Positions 17,535-29,437 of a stretch of 64,000 nt of DNA are shown in pieces (the stretch's first letter is position 1; every line of letters starts with the position of its first letter). The notes under the pieces are model-generated. The model saw nothing but the letters and a program-made list of their open reading frames with translations. It made no database searches and was not told the origin of the DNA. Source of the DNA: Pseudomonadota bacterium (GTDB taxonomy: Bacteria; Pseudomonadota; Gammaproteobacteria; Chromatiales; Chromatiaceae); contig JAYEJW010000243.1 in assembly GCA_034716535.1 (NCBI GenBank), positions 6,243-70,242 on the forward strand, read 5' to 3'. Made by a program: the position numbers and the translations under genes.

Positions 17535-18512
17535 ATGAGCGATTCCGACCCCCTCACCGCCCCGTCCCGCTCCACCCCCAAGACCCACCAGCGGGGCAAG
17601 GACAAGCTCTCGCGCATTCCGGTCAAGGTGACGCCCTCGGACAAGCCGTTGCGCAAGCCGTCCTGGATCCGCGCCAAGGCGCCTGTCGGGCCGGGGGTGT
17701 CGCGTATCAAACGGCTCCTGCGCGAGAGCAAGCTCTCCACGGTCTGCGAGGAGGCCATGTGTCCGAACCTGGGGGAGTGCTTCACCCACGGCACCGCCAC
17801 CTTCATGATTCTGGGGGACGTGTGCACCCGCCGTTGTCCCTTTTGCGACGTGGCCCACGGTCGGCCCCAGCCCCTCGATCCAGCGGAGCCGGAGCACCTG
17901 GCGGAGTCCGTCGCCACCATGGGCCTGCGCTATGTGGTCATCACATCGGTGGACCGGGACGATCTGCGTGACGGCGGTGCCGGCCACTTCGCCTCCTGCC
18001 TACGGGCCCTGCGGGCCAGGAATCCCGGGATCAGGCTGGAGGTGCTGGTTCCGGATTTCCGCGGTCGGGAGGGGGCTGCACTGGATCAGTTCATCGGTGA
18101 GGCGGTGCCGGACGTCTTCAACCACAATCTCGAAACCGTGCCACGGCTCTATCGGCAGGCGCGGCCGGGGGCGGACTACGGTGGCTCGTTGGGTCTTCTT
18201 GAGGAGTTCAAGCGCCGCAACCCGGGCGTCCCGACCAAGTCCGGTCTGATGTTGGGCCTGGGCGAGGAGCGGGAGGAGGTGCTCGCGGTAATGGAGGATC
18301 TGCGCTCGCACAGTTGCGATATGCTGACTCTGGGGCAGTATTTACAGCCGAGCCGGGCGCACCTGCCGGTGGCGCGCTACTGGACGCCCGAGGAGTTCGA
18401 GGCGCTGCGTGAGGCCGGAGGGGCCATGGGCTTTTCCAACGTCGCAAGCGGGGCCATGGTGCGCTCGTCCTACCACGCCGACCGGCAGGCAACAGATATC
18501 GTCCGTCCATGA
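17535..18512 (+). CDS. lipA: Lipoyl synthase
   Basis: [12 protein letters not shown] auxiliary cluster motif plus the radical-SAM CTRRCPFC motif. Length and C-terminus are typical. Confidence 0.95.
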   Translation: MSDSDPLTAPSRSTPKTHQRGKDKLSRIPVKVTPSDKPLRKPSWIRAKAPVGPGVSRIKRLLRESKLSTVCEEAMCPNLGECFTHGTATFMILGDVCTRRCPFCDVAHGRPQPLDPAEPEHLAESVATMGLRYVVITSVDRDDLRDGGAGHFASCLRALRARNPGIRLEVLVPDFRGREGAALDQFIGEAVPDVFNHNLETVPRLYRQARPGADYGGSLGLLEEFKRRNPGVPTKSGLMLGLGEEREEVLAVMEDLRSHSCDMLTLGQYLQPSRAHLPVARYWTPEEFEALREAGGAMGFSNVASGAMVRSSYHADRQATDIVRP

Positions 18513-18685
18513 CACTGCTGGCGATCGCTATCGCCTTTCTGACAGTTGGATTGCACTCTACGCGGCCCCGCTGATGACGCTCGCGGCGGTCGTCCTGCTG
18601 CTTAGCGTTCTGTTCCGGAACCTCGCGGTTGCGGATGGACACTGGACTGATTAAGTGGGCTCCCTGTCCGGCTGAGTCATGAACG

Positions 18686-19465
18686 ATGGATACGGTGTTC
18701 TATACGGTCGTCAAGAGCTTGATCCTGCCTCCGGGCGGGCTGATTCTGCTTTTTCTACTCGGTTTTTTTCTGGTGCGGGGTGTGCTCGGGCGGGTCTTCA
18801 TTTTCATCGCGCTCACGGTCTTCAGCCTGATGACCTTGCCCGCAGTGGCGGGAAAGCTTATGGCCGGACTTGAGTCCTATCCCGCGTTGAAACTCGGCAG
18901 GTTGCTGGGGACCGACGCCGACGGGATACTGATCCTCAGTGCCGGTCGTTACACTTGGGCGCCCGAGTACGGCGGCGATACCGTGGGGTCCAATACCCTC
19001 GAGAGGTTGCGTTATGGGGCCTTTCTGCACCGTCAGACCGGATTGCCGATCTACGTGACCGGCGGCAGCCCGCCGCCCGAGGACCCACCCATGGGTCGGC
19101 TCATGGCACAGGTACTCGCAGGGGAGTACGGCGTCGAGGTGGCGGGCGTGGAGGACCGCAGTCTGACCACTGCCGAGAATGCGGTCTTCTCGGCGCAGAT
19201 GCTGGAGCGTGACGGCATCGGTCACGTGCTTTTGGTGACCCACGCCTGGCACCTGCCGCGTGCGGTGGACGCCTTCGAACGGGCGGGCGTAGAGACGACG
19301 CCGGCGCCGACCTACTTCGTTCATCGTGAAGGCGAGGGTAAGCCCGATTACCGGCGCTGGCTACCCGATGCCGGGGCCTTCACGACCAGCTACTACGCCC
19401 TCCATGAGTATCTGGGCCGGGCCTGGTATCAGTTCAAGGCGACCGTGGGGGGAGGTGGTCGTTGA
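18686..19465 (+). CDS. DUF218 / YdcF-ElyC family membrane-anchored protein
   Basis: Two N-terminal TM helices followed by the DUF218 core (ILILSAGR...YVTGG...TTAENA...LVTHAWHLPRA). Confidence 0.7.
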   Translation: MDTVFYTVVKSLILPPGGLILLFLLGFFLVRGVLGRVFIFIALTVFSLMTLPAVAGKLMAGLESYPALKLGRLLGTDADGILILSAGRYTWAPEYGGDTVGSNTLERLRYGAFLHRQTGLPIYVTGGSPPPEDPPMGRLMAQVLAGEYGVEVAGVEDRSLTTAENAVFSAQMLERDGIGHVLLVTHAWHLPRAVDAFERAGVETTPAPTYFVHREGEGKPDYRRWLPDAGAFTTSYYALHEYLGRAWYQFKATVGGGGR

Positions 19466-20528
19466 AACGTTCCATGAGGTAGCAGAGACAGTCCTGGCGG
19501 ATGACGGCCTCGTTGCGGGTGAGCATGGAGGGCATAACCGGCAGCTTGAGGCGTAGCTCTCCGTCCACAAAGTGGAAGTAACGGTCGTTGACGTCGCGGC
19601 CTTGCTCGTCCCGCACATCCAGTCGGATTCCGTTGTTCCCGCCCAGCCGACCCAGAGGCGTGCCGCCGGGAAGCTCCCTGAAATTGAGCCGCTCCAGCTC
19701 GGGGGTGAAGAGGATGTCCGCGGCTTCCGGCGGGAATCCGAAGCTCACCTCTTCCGGCACCTTCACCTGCGCCACGGTGTGGAAAAGGTCGATGTCGTGG
19801 AGTGCCACTGGATGCTCCGGCAGGGCCGATAGATGGAGGCAGGCGTTCAGGTACTCCCGGGCGTGCTCGGTGCCGTGCTTCTCTCCCACCTTGCCGCACT
19901 CCAGGGTCACTGCCGGACAGAGCTCGGCCATGGCTATGGACTGTACGCCCCGCGGGCGGATGAAGTAGACCACGGTGCGACTGAACAGGGTTGCGAGGTG
20001 GAGGTAGCGGTTGTCCAGCAGGTTCACGCATCCGTAGTGGGGGTTGCAGCCGGTGTTGTTGTGGATGTCCACGCTGGCGAAGACCCCGCGTCGGGACATG
20101 ATGTTGACAACCTGCTGCATCAGCGTGTGCTCCGGGGTGTGAGGCAGCTCGGTGCCGGGCCATACGCGGTTGTAATCCGGTTGGCCCGGAAGGCGGCGCA
20201 CGCCCGCCGCCGCTGCGGAGGTGTTGCCGATGAACAGGCTCAGGGCCCGCGGCAGGCGCAGCTCGCCGAAGCGCTCCAGGTACCCCTGCAACAGGGTGCG
20301 AATGCCCTCCCAACCTACGGTCTCGTTTCCGTGCATGAGTACGGAGACGAACAGGGGCGGCTCCCGTTCCCCCGGTAGGTGGATCAGGGTGGGGGCGCCG
20401 AGCCGTGTTTCCAGGTTCCGGGAGTCCGTCTCCAGGAGTCCGTCGGGGAGCGTGTGAAGTTCCTGCAGCATGATGTTCTGGGGTGTGCGGTGCTCGTGTC
20501 TTTCGAAGTTCCAGGCTATAGCGTCCAC
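19434..20528 (-). CDS. M14-type zinc amidohydrolase, succinylglutamate desuccinylase/aspartoacylase (AstE/AspA) family
   Basis: SVLMHGNETVGWE (H-x-x-E zinc motif), then the NPHYGCVN and ECGK contexts of the AstE/AspA family. The start overlaps the upstream GCS2 gene by 13 nt. Confidence 0.7.
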   Translation of the reverse strand: MDAIAWNFERHEHRTPQNIMLQELHTLPDGLLETDSRNLETRLGAPTLIHLPGEREPPLFVSVLMHGNETVGWEGIRTLLQGYLERFGELRLPRALSLFIGNTSAAAAGVRRLPGQPDYNRVWPGTELPHTPEHTLMQQVVNIMSRRGVFASVDIHNNTGCNPHYGCVNLLDNRYLHLATLFSRTVVYFIRPRGVQSIAMAELCPAVTLECGKVGEKHGTEHAREYLNACLHLSALPEHPVALHDIDLFHTVAQVKVPEEVSFGFPPEAADILFTPELERLNFRELPGGTPLGRLGGNNGIRLDVRDEQGRDVNDRYFHFVDGELRLKLPVMPSMLTRNEAVIRQDCLCYLMERFNDHLPPRSP

Positions 20529-21934
20529 TCATGCACGGGCCGGCCAGCCTGCTGACGCTCCAGATAGGCGCTGGTCAGCTCGGGCATCTCGGCTCCGTGA
20601 CGCCCGACAAAGGCGCGCTGCCAGGCTGCGCCCGTCTGGCCGTTCTCCAGCCGACCGGCGATGATGCCCAGCCAATGGTCCGCTTCAGTGTCCATGATCC
20701 CGAGACCCAACAGGCCTCGGCGTGCCCGCGGCAACAGGTCTTCCTTCAGGATCTGGGCCAGGCCGGCGACGCGGCCATCGAGCCACTGGATCTCGGCCTG
20801 CAGGCCCGCGCGGGCGGCGGCGTAGAAGTTGTTCCTGGCAGTGGGGAAGGGGAGAGACTGTTCCGGTGGCTCTTCCTCTCGCGCCAAGGAGTGGACGGCA
20901 CCGAAATAGAAAGCGGCATTGGCAATCGCGTCGGCGACGGTGGGGCCGGCCGGCACCACGCGGTGCTCGATGCGAAGATGGGGAGCGCCGGTATTGTCGA
21001 AGCCGATGAGTGGGCGGTTCCAGCGCCAAATCGTCCCATTGTGTAGTCGCAGGTGAGCTAGCCGTTCCGGGGGCTCGCCCATGACCTGCGGAAGCAGCAC
21101 CGGATAGCGGACGAGATTCGCGCGGAAGCACTCGAGGATGGAGTGCTCGGCGTATCGGATGCCGAAGTTGACGCGCTCCGAGAGGATCGAGCCGCCGACC
21201 GAGACCGCTTGTTCGAACAGCGGAATGCGGGTCTCGTCCCACAACTCGCAACCGAAGAGAAACGGGGAATTTGCGCTCACTCCCACCATGGGGGCGGCCA
21301 GGATCTTGGAGCAGTTGTAGACGCGCGCCGCCTCCCGCGCACCGACTTTGAGGTGGATCTGGAACGAGGTGGCGGCCGACTCCAGCATCACGTCCTCCTG
21401 CTCCAGGTAGAGGCGGTCTTTGCCGCGGATCTCAAGCGAGAGTGGACGTCCCCGGCGCAGGTTGAGGATTTGCTCGTTCAAAGCCCGGTACCGCTTGCGC
21501 GGAGTCATGTGGTCGATCACCAGGTGCTCCGGGCGCACGGTCGGCAGGATACCGATCATGGCGAGCTGCGTATTCAGTCCGGCCGCGGCCCGGTTGCAGC
21601 GGGCCCACGTGGATTCGAGCTCCTTGGCCAACCGGCTCAGGGCGTCGCCGCGAAGGGGCTGCGGCGTGCCGTTGATTTCCGCGTTGAAGGTGGCGAGCTC
21701 GGGCACGACGAGCGGGTCGTTCAGGCGCTCCAGGAAGGGTTCGATGACCGGGGCGGGAAGCATGTCCTGACCCACCAGCCAGGCCTCCAGCTCGAAGCCC
21801 CCGACCTCCGTGGTGCCGGCGAGGACGCCCTCCTCGAACCAGGTCTCAAGAAGCTTCGTCTCTTCACGCAGGCGTTCGTCGAACGCTGCGAAGTCGGCGT
21901 CGGTGAAACGGGCTGCCTCGATTTCCTGTCCCAT
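20516..21934 (-). CDS. Carboxylate-amine ligase, glutamate-cysteine ligase family 2 (YbdK-like)
   Basis: 472 aa. GFELEAWLV..., SFQIHLKV and RIEHRV blocks are characteristic of GCS2-type ligases. Confidence 0.75.
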   Translation of the reverse strand: MGQEIEAARFTDADFAAFDERLREETKLLETWFEEGVLAGTTEVGGFELEAWLVGQDMLPAPVIEPFLERLNDPLVVPELATFNAEINGTPQPLRGDALSRLAKELESTWARCNRAAAGLNTQLAMIGILPTVRPEHLVIDHMTPRKRYRALNEQILNLRRGRPLSLEIRGKDRLYLEQEDVMLESAATSFQIHLKVGAREAARVYNCSKILAAPMVGVSANSPFLFGCELWDETRIPLFEQAVSVGGSILSERVNFGIRYAEHSILECFRANLVRYPVLLPQVMGEPPERLAHLRLHNGTIWRWNRPLIGFDNTGAPHLRIEHRVVPAGPTVADAIANAAFYFGAVHSLAREEEPPEQSLPFPTARNNFYAAARAGLQAEIQWLDGRVAGLAQILKEDLLPRARRGLLGLGIMDTEADHWLGIIAGRLENGQTGAAWQRAFVGRHGAEMPELTSAYLERQQAGRPVHEWTL

Positions 21935-22051
21935 CGGGAATGCTCGACAAACGATCGGTGATCAGCAACAGAGCCGTCAGGTTCCCCGCCCCCAGCACTG
22001 GAAGGGTGCGGCAAAGGACGGCAACCTCCGCGGCGCAAGGGCGCACCCTCA

Positions 22052-22768
22052 CTAGGACGGGGGCTGAGACTCTCTCGGGGTCATGGGGCCGAAATCTCCC
22101 ATATCCCCCTCAACCTTTAGCATTCTGTCTAACGCTTGTAAACGTGCCGGGGTGCCGATATCGAACCAAAGCCCCGCGTGGTGCTCGCCATTCACCAGTC
22201 CCCGCTGCATGGCATCCCGTAGGAGGGGCGCGAGGGGAAAGGCGCCGCGGGCACAGTTGCGGAACAGCTCCGGGTGATAGATCCCGATACCGCTGAAGGT
22301 ATATCGTGGGTTCCCCTGTGCGAGCACCTGCCCGTCATGGAGCGCGAAATCTCCCTCTGGATTGTGGAGCGGATTGTCCACCAGGACCAAGTGAGCCAGA
22401 CGACCCTCGGAGATGCGCAGGCGTGAGACATCGATGTTGCTCCAGACGTCGCCGTTCACCACCAGAAACGGATCGGGGCCAAGCAGGGGCAGGGCCCTGA
22501 ATATGCCCCCGCCGGTCCCCAGGGCGCGGTCCTCGGGAGAATAGCGGATCTCTATATCCCAGCGGCTGCCGTCGCCGAGGGTCTCCTCGATTCGGTGACC
22601 GAGATGGGCGTGGTTGATCACGATTCTTCGGAAACCGGCCGCGCTCAGACGCTCGATCCGGTGAACGATAAGCGGCTTGTCGCCTACTCGGAGCAGGGGT
22701 TTGGGGGTTTGGTCGGTGAGCGGGCGCATGCGTTCGCCGCGCCCGGCGGCCAGGATCATGGCGTTCAT
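22052..22768 (-). CDS. murU: Sugar-1-phosphate nucleotidyltransferase, MurU-like (MurNAc-1-P uridylyltransferase family)
   Basis: MNAMILAAGRGERMRPLTDQTPKPLL is a G-x-G-x-R nucleotidyltransferase signature. At about 238 aa it is close to the ~220-aa length of MurU-type proteins. The start is ATG at 22768, or GTG at 22795. Confidence 0.7.
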   Translation of the reverse strand: MNAMILAAGRGERMRPLTDQTPKPLLRVGDKPLIVHRIERLSAAGFRRIVINHAHLGHRIEETLGDGSRWDIEIRYSPEDRALGTGGGIFRALPLLGPDPFLVVNGDVWSNIDVSRLRISEGRLAHLVLVDNPLHNPEGDFALHDGQVLAQGNPRYTFSGIGIYHPELFRNCARGAFPLAPLLRDAMQRGLVNGEHHAGLWFDIGTPARLQALDRMLKVEGDMGDFGPMTPRESQPPS

Positions 22769-22878
22769 CGATCGGTCCGTGAGGCGGCTCTTCACCCGCC
22801 TACATCATCGGGGCGGCTACGGTTGTCAGTTCTTCGCTGGGAATCGAGCGGCGCGCGGGCAGGGACGGATCGCGCATG

Positions 22879-24186
22879 CTACGGCGAAATTTCCTTGAGG
22901 TAGTCGGGATTGCCGAGAACGCTCCGATCGATATTGCACTCGTCGGGTTGAAGAACTCTTGTGATCTTGAGCTTCTTATCGGGCTTCCCGGAGAAATCGG
23001 CAAGGTCCACGTAGTGTGGAGGCACGGTCCGGTGCTTGGCGTTCTTGAATACAAGCACCAACGGGCGGAACTCGTTCTTCGGGTTGGTCCGGATGACCAC
23101 ACCAATTCTCCCGTCTGTGAGCTGTATGATGCTGCCGGGAGGGTATAGACCGAGCGCTCGGAGAAAAGTGGACACCAGTTCGCTGTCATAAAGGTCGCCG
23201 CTCGAGGATTGTAAGATCTTGATGGCCTCTATGGTGGTCCTGCGGTTGCTGTACACGCGGTCGCTGGTGACCGCATCGAATGTGTCCGCGACCCCGGCGA
23301 TCCGCGTGAACAGATCCAGCTCATCTTCCTTCAGGCCGCAGGGGTAGCCTGATCCGTCCATCCGTTCGTGATGAGAGTACGCCACGTTGATCACCGAGCT
23401 GCTCGCTCCTTGTGAGGAGATGAGTATGTCCCGACCTTGCGCCGCGTGCATCTTTATGATCTGAAACTCTTCTTGGGTCAGCCGTCCGGGCTTGTTCAGA
23501 ACCTCCTCCGGCGCCCGAATCTTGCCCACGTCATGCAGCAGCCCGCCCATGCCCAACTGCTCAAGTCGTGTCTTCGGCATGCCGAGACGATGCCCGAGCA
23601 ACATAGACAGGATCCCTACATTGATGCTGTGCCGAGAAGTGTACTCGTCTTTATCCCTAATGCTGCTCAGGAGCAGCATGGCGTCCGCGTTGCGGGTGAT
23701 CTGGTCGGCGCAGGCCGTAACGACCTCCTTGACCGCGACCATATCGACAGTATGTCCACCGCGAACATCGGTGATTAGGGTACGCACGAAGTCTGTGGTC
23801 TCACCGAAGGGGCGGCGAGCGGCTTCCACCGATTCGATAGCCTCTTTCACCGACCGATGGGTGGGCATTCGCCGCGCCAAACTACGCAGGAGCCCCCCCA
23901 ACTTACCCTTCCGGCGCGGGTCGGGCCCCCTCGGGCGAGGCTCGTTCGCGGCGGAGCTGATGCCTCGCGGCGGAGTGGGTTGCGTTAGCCTTGGCGTGCC
24001 GCCCTTCTCCGTGTCGACGTACACGTAAGAACAGGTCTCTTGGACGGCTTTGATGTCCTCGGTCGTCCTTAGGGGAAAGCCCTGAAATTGAAAGGGCGAC
24101 TCCAACCAAGGACGGTCGAGCTCGCAGACGTACATGCCGATCTCGAGCTGCGAGACGGGCACCTTGATCCTATCGGCCGACGACAA
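22879..24186 (-). CDS. HD-GYP domain cyclic-di-GMP phosphodiesterase with DUF3391 N-terminus
   Basis: N-terminus VPVSQLEIGMYVCELDRPWLESPF (DUF3391-like). HD (LLHDVGK) and HHERMDGSGYP motifs. Confidence 0.85.
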   Translation of the reverse strand: MSSADRIKVPVSQLEIGMYVCELDRPWLESPFQFQGFPLRTTEDIKAVQETCSYVYVDTEKGGTPRLTQPTPPRGISSAANEPRPRGPDPRRKGKLGGLLRSLARRMPTHRSVKEAIESVEAARRPFGETTDFVRTLITDVRGGHTVDMVAVKEVVTACADQITRNADAMLLLSSIRDKDEYTSRHSINVGILSMLLGHRLGMPKTRLEQLGMGGLLHDVGKIRAPEEVLNKPGRLTQEEFQIIKMHAAQGRDILISSQGASSSVINVAYSHHERMDGSGYPCGLKEDELDLFTRIAGVADTFDAVTSDRVYSNRRTTIEAIKILQSSSGDLYDSELVSTFLRALGLYPPGSIIQLTDGRIGVVIRTNPKNEFRPLVLVFKNAKHRTVPPHYVDLADFSGKPDKKLKITRVLQPDECNIDRSVLGNPDYLKEISP

Positions 24187-24383
24187 GGTCCCTCTCCCGT
24201 GTCCCTATTTTCTCTCCGTGCGGCATTTCATCTGTGACTCCCGGCGAGCGGCTGCGTTGACGATCACGGCAGGGGCGTAAGTGCGAAGAAACAAAGAACA
24301 CTATAGAAGAGATCAAAGACATCCGCGTTGTCGTTTTCGCGACCGTGACTGGCGAACAAGCGATCGCGGCAAGGATCCCTTTG

Positions 24384-25640
<1,257 letters not shown>

Positions 25641-25815
25641 GATGTATTTCTGAGGTTATGACACGGGTTGATCTGTACGCCCCGCCAAAGGATGTGGTTC
25701 GAGGTGCGGGGCGGGGGGGTGGTGACTTTCTCTGAAGAGGGGCGCCCGGGCGGGCTCCCCAATGGGTTAGGTCAAACGCCAGGGGCGACGAATTCGGGCT
25801 AGCTCGCGGGTCCTG

Positions 25816-26142
25816 TCACAGGTTGCTGTCGATGAAGGCAGTGAGCTGCGATTTCGAAACAGCGCCGACCTTGGTGGCCTCCACGTCGCCCTCCTTGAAC
25901 AGCATCAGCGTCGGAATACCGCGGATACCGTAGCGCGGGGGGGTGTTGGGGTTCTCATCGATGTTGAGCTTCGCCACCCTGATCTTGCCGTCGTACTCGT
26001 CTGCGATCTCGTCCAGTACCGGTGCGATCATCTTACAGGGGCCGCACCAGTCGGCCCAGTAGTCGACGAGTACCGGATCTGGGGATTGCAGGACTTCTTG
26101 TTCGAAGGAGTCATCCGTTACATGGATGATGCGTTCGCTCAC
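25816..26142 (-). CDS. trxA: Thioredoxin 1
   Basis: GTG start at 26142 gives [18 protein letters not shown]...[13 protein letters not shown] (108 aa, WCGPC). SD GGGAGA lies 8 nt upstream. The longer track ORF adds 62 non-homologous codons. Confidence 0.95.
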   Translation of the reverse strand: MSERIIHVTDDSFEQEVLQSPDPVLVDYWADWCGPCKMIAPVLDEIADEYDGKIRVAKLNIDENPNTPPRYGIRGIPTLMLFKEGDVEATKVGAVSKSQLTAFIDSNL

Positions 26143-26424
26143 TGAGATAGTCTCCCATTGGGTTGGTTCTTGAGGGATGCAGGCTTGGCCTTTCGGGCAC
26201 TCCGTGCATGGACGGAGAAGCAGGCGGGCGAATTGGCGTTGGAGTTTGCCCTTCGGTAAGATGCTATTTGAGCCAAGAATCCACAATTTTGCAAGTCCTC
26301 TGGTCACGGGAACCTCCGAATAACCCAATCTTGTGGTTTTTCAGAGTCGGGCATCCCCCCTGCCGAAGCAGGGTCCGAACGGGTCGGATCCTGCCGAGAG
26401 GACCTTTAATCGTTCCTCGTTTTC

Positions 26425-27828
26425 ATGACCCAGACACACCTCACCGACACGCGTTTCGACTCCTTCGAGCTCGACGAGCGCATCCTCCAGGGACTCTCCG
26501 ACGCAGGCTTTACTCACTGCACGCCCATACAGGCCGAGACTCTGCCGTTCGCGTTGGCCGGGCGCGACGTGGCCGGACAGGCCCAGACGGGAACCGGCAA
26601 GACCGCCGTTTTCCTCGTTGCCGCTTTGCAGCGGTTGCTCACACATGCCCCGCGACCGGAGCGTCGTGCGAACCAGCCGCGGGTGCTGATCGTGGCCCCC
26701 ACTAGGGAGCTCGCGGTCCAGATCCACAGAGATACGGTGGTGCTCGCCAGGCACACCGGTTTCCGCCTCGGGCTCGTGTTTGGCGGCACGGGTTACCAAC
26801 AGCAGCGCGACGACCTGGCGGCAGGGGTGGACCTCCTCATCGGTACGCCCGGACGGCTTATCGATTACTTCAAACAGCGGGTGTTCGACCTGCGGGAGGC
26901 CGAGGTGGTCGTGATCGACGAGGCGGACCGCATGTTCGACCTCGGCTTCATCAAGGATATCCGTTACCTGCTGCGCCGCATGCCGCCGCCGGAGAAGCGC
27001 CTCGGGATGCTGTTCTCGGCCACCCTGTCCTATCGAGTGACCGAGCTCGCCTACGAGCACATGAACCATCCCCACCCGGTGGAGATCGAGCCGGATCAGG
27101 TGACCGCCGATCGGGTGACGCAGCGCTGCTACATGGTGGCGAACGACGAGAAGATTCCCCTGCTCATCGGGCTGCTGCGCGGCATCGAGAACGCCCGCGT
27201 GATCGTCTTTGCCAACACCAAGCGGGCGACCGAAGGCATTTGGGGCTACCTCGAAGGCAACGGACTGCGCGCAGCGGTGCTCTCCGGGGACGTCCCACAG
27301 AAGAAGCGCCTGCGGCTGCTCAAGCAGTTTCAGGAGGGAGAGCTGCCTATCCTGGTAGCCACCGACGTGGCGGCCCGGGGCCTGCATATCCCGGACGTGA
27401 CCCACGTGGTCAACTTCGACCTGCCGGACGATGCGGAGGATTATGTCCATCGCATTGGCCGTACCGCCCGTGCCGGCGCAACGGGCGATGCCATCAGCTT
27501 CGTGTGCGAGACTTACGCCTTCTGCCTGCCGGATATCGAGGAGTTCATCGGTGCGAAGATCCCGGTGGAGCCGGTGACCCCGGAGCTGCTTGCGGAGATC
27601 GATCCGCGGAACTTCGTGCGTACCGAGAGGCGGCCGCATCCCAAGGACAAGCGGCGAGGGCATGGTGTCGGGCACAAGTCCCACGGAAAGCCCTCCGCCG
27701 CCGGGAAAACCAAGGCGGAGAGCAAGGATGGTGACGCAGCGACCGCCAAGAAGCGGCGCCGCAGGCGCAGGCGCAGGCCGGACGAGACCGGCGGCGGTGG
27801 GGGCTCTGCAGCGGTGCCCCAGTCCTGA
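26425..27828 (+). CDS. rhlB: DEAD-box ATP-dependent RNA helicase RhlB-like
   Basis: F..F.L...[23 protein letters not shown] and [10 protein letters not shown] motifs with a basic tail. It is divergent from trxA, as in the E. coli rhlB-trxA-rho arrangement. Confidence 0.88.
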   Translation: MTQTHLTDTRFDSFELDERILQGLSDAGFTHCTPIQAETLPFALAGRDVAGQAQTGTGKTAVFLVAALQRLLTHAPRPERRANQPRVLIVAPTRELAVQIHRDTVVLARHTGFRLGLVFGGTGYQQQRDDLAAGVDLLIGTPGRLIDYFKQRVFDLREAEVVVIDEADRMFDLGFIKDIRYLLRRMPPPEKRLGMLFSATLSYRVTELAYEHMNHPHPVEIEPDQVTADRVTQRCYMVANDEKIPLLIGLLRGIENARVIVFANTKRATEGIWGYLEGNGLRAAVLSGDVPQKKRLRLLKQFQEGELPILVATDVAARGLHIPDVTHVVNFDLPDDAEDYVHRIGRTARAGATGDAISFVCETYAFCLPDIEEFIGAKIPVEPVTPELLAEIDPRNFVRTERRPHPKDKRRGHGVGHKSHGKPSAAGKTKAESKDGDAATAKKRRRRRRRRPDETGGGGGSAAVPQS

Positions 27829-27878
27829 TCGTTCTCGCGCCCGTTTCGGCTTAATCGCACAGAGGCGCCAGGATCTCT

Positions 27879-28544
27879 TCAGCAGGCCCGCAGCCCCGGC
27901 AGGAGATCCGCGAAGTGGTGGATGGAGGTGAACTCGCCCGTTTCCCGTGGTGGTGCCTTGGAGTCGGGTTCGAGCACCGCCAGCAGCCAGCGGAAGCCGT
28001 AGTCCCGCGCCGTGAGCAGCACCGCCTGGCTGTCGTCCACGAACAGTGTGCGCTCTCTGTCGAACGGCTCCACCGTTTGAACCCGGGGCCAGAAGTCGGC
28101 CGACTCCTTCGGGACCCGCAGGTCGTGGGCACAGATGATACGCTCGAAGTGTCCCGCCAGGCGCGTCTTCTCCATCTTCAGCGCGATGGACTTTTGATGC
28201 GCATTGGTTACGAGCACCCGGCGTTTTCCGCGGGCCGCGAGGGCCTCCAGGAAGTCCACGACGTGGGGGTGGACCGCGATCAAGTGATTCACCTCCTCCT
28301 TTAGCAGCGCGATATCCAGCCCCAGCTCTCGGCTCCAGTGGTCGATGCAGTACCACTCCAACGTCCCCTCGCGCCCCTTGTACCGGGCGTAGAGCTCCGA
28401 TCGCGCCTGTTCGACCGGCAGCCCCCGCGCCTCCGCGTAGCGCCGAGGCACGTGCTCGAGCCAGAAATGGTTGTCGAAGTGCAGGTCGAGCAGGGTGCCG
28501 TCCATATCCAGGAAGACGTTGTCGACGGCGTTCCAGTCGATCAT
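27879..28544 (-). CDS. HAD-superfamily hydrolase, YrfG-like (GMP/IMP nucleotidase family)
   Basis: The DMDGTLLD motif I (FLDMDGTLLDLHFDNHFW) is typical of YrfG-type HAD proteins. Motif III/IV is FVDDS. Confidence 0.7.
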   Translation of the reverse strand: MIDWNAVDNVFLDMDGTLLDLHFDNHFWLEHVPRRYAEARGLPVEQARSELYARYKGREGTLEWYCIDHWSRELGLDIALLKEEVNHLIAVHPHVVDFLEALAARGKRRVLVTNAHQKSIALKMEKTRLAGHFERIICAHDLRVPKESADFWPRVQTVEPFDRERTLFVDDSQAVLLTARDYGFRWLLAVLEPDSKAPPRETGEFTSIHHFADLLPGLRAC

Positions 28545-28740
28545 GGCGTGATTTGGCCTATGATGGTTCTAGACGAAGTTCCCGAGAGCATAACCAAGTC
28601 CTGATATCCGTGTCACAGAACGGGCCTGCAGAGGATCGCGTCGTGATCCGTGGATTCCACCCTCGCCCAGGCCCTTTTCAGTGCAGAGAGGGGGATGCAG
28701 CACGCCTGCGGTGCAGTATCCTTTGATCGGAGGGCCTCGC

Positions 28741-29319
28741 GTGTCCGAAAAACCGAAAATTCTCAGTCGCAAGCTCGTTGCTCAGACCGGTATCTTCAAG
28801 GTGGAGCAGGTCGATCTACAGTTCTCCAACGGCAACGAGCGCAGCTTCGAGCGTATCCTGGGCGGGCGGGGATCGGTGCTGATCGTGCCCATGCGGGATG
28901 CGGAGACGGTGCTCCTGATTCGGGAGTATGCCGCAGGCCTCGATCGGTACGAGCTCGGTCTGCCCAAGGGTATCGTGGAACCGGAGGAGAATCTGTTGGA
29001 CGCCGCTCAGCGGGAGATCCGGGAGGAGGTCGGCTTCGGGGCGCGCGATCTGCGCCTGGTGCACAGTGTCTCGCTGGCACCTGGCTACATACAGCACCGT
29101 ACGCACATCGTGCTGGCGCGGGAGCTGTTCCCGCAACGGGAGGAGGGCGACGAGCCGGAGCCCATCGAGGTCGTACCCTGGCGCCTGGACGAGGTGGATG
29201 CCTTGCTGGAGAGGGAGGATTTCAGTGAGGCGCGCTCAATCGCGGCCCTCTACCTTGTTCGGCGTTTTCTGGATCGCGAGTTGGGGAATTCCGGAATAGA
29301 CGCCACCCCGCCGATTTAG
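28741..29319 (+). CDS. nudE: Nudix hydrolase, NudE-like (ADP-compound pyrophosphatase)
   Basis: GTG start at 28741 (MSEKPKILS). Nudix box GLPKGIVEPEENLLDAAQREIREEVGF. It lies next to the yrfG-like gene, as in enterobacteria. Confidence 0.7.
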   Translation: MSEKPKILSRKLVAQTGIFKVEQVDLQFSNGNERSFERILGGRGSVLIVPMRDAETVLLIREYAAGLDRYELGLPKGIVEPEENLLDAAQREIREEVGFGARDLRLVHSVSLAPGYIQHRTHIVLARELFPQREEGDEPEPIEVVPWRLDEVDALLEREDFSEARSIAALYLVRRFLDRELGNSGIDATPPI

Positions 29320-29437
29320 TCGAATAGCTGAATAGCGCGCGAGCGGCGCAGAATCACCGCCCTCGACGACTCGGGAACGCCCGCCGCGTTCGGGCCGGTC
29401 ACGGAGGAAACGAGAGCATCAGTACTGGAGGCAAGGC

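Noticed and set aside
18509-18654. Two tiny hydrophobic ORFs after lipA: [21 protein letters not shown] overlapping the lipA stop, and MTLAAVVLLLSVLFRNLAVADGHWTD
   Set aside because: They are too short (21 and 26 aa), lie in different frames and lack an SD. They could be a frameshifted small membrane protein, but I cannot support that without comparative data.
25643-25815. Possible intrinsic terminator or attenuator between trxA and rho (GCCCCGC...GCGGGGC around 25679-25720)
   Set aside because: A stem is present but there is no U-tract on the relevant strand. Rho leaders are typically Rho-dependent attenuators that cannot be recognised from sequence alone.
26341-28356. 671-aa minus-strand ORF spanning the rhlB antisense and running into the yrfG-like region
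   Set aside because: It is antisense to a DEAD-box helicase with all canonical motifs, has Arg/Pro/Gly-rich low-complexity composition, and crosses an intergenic region. This is a GC-driven artefact.
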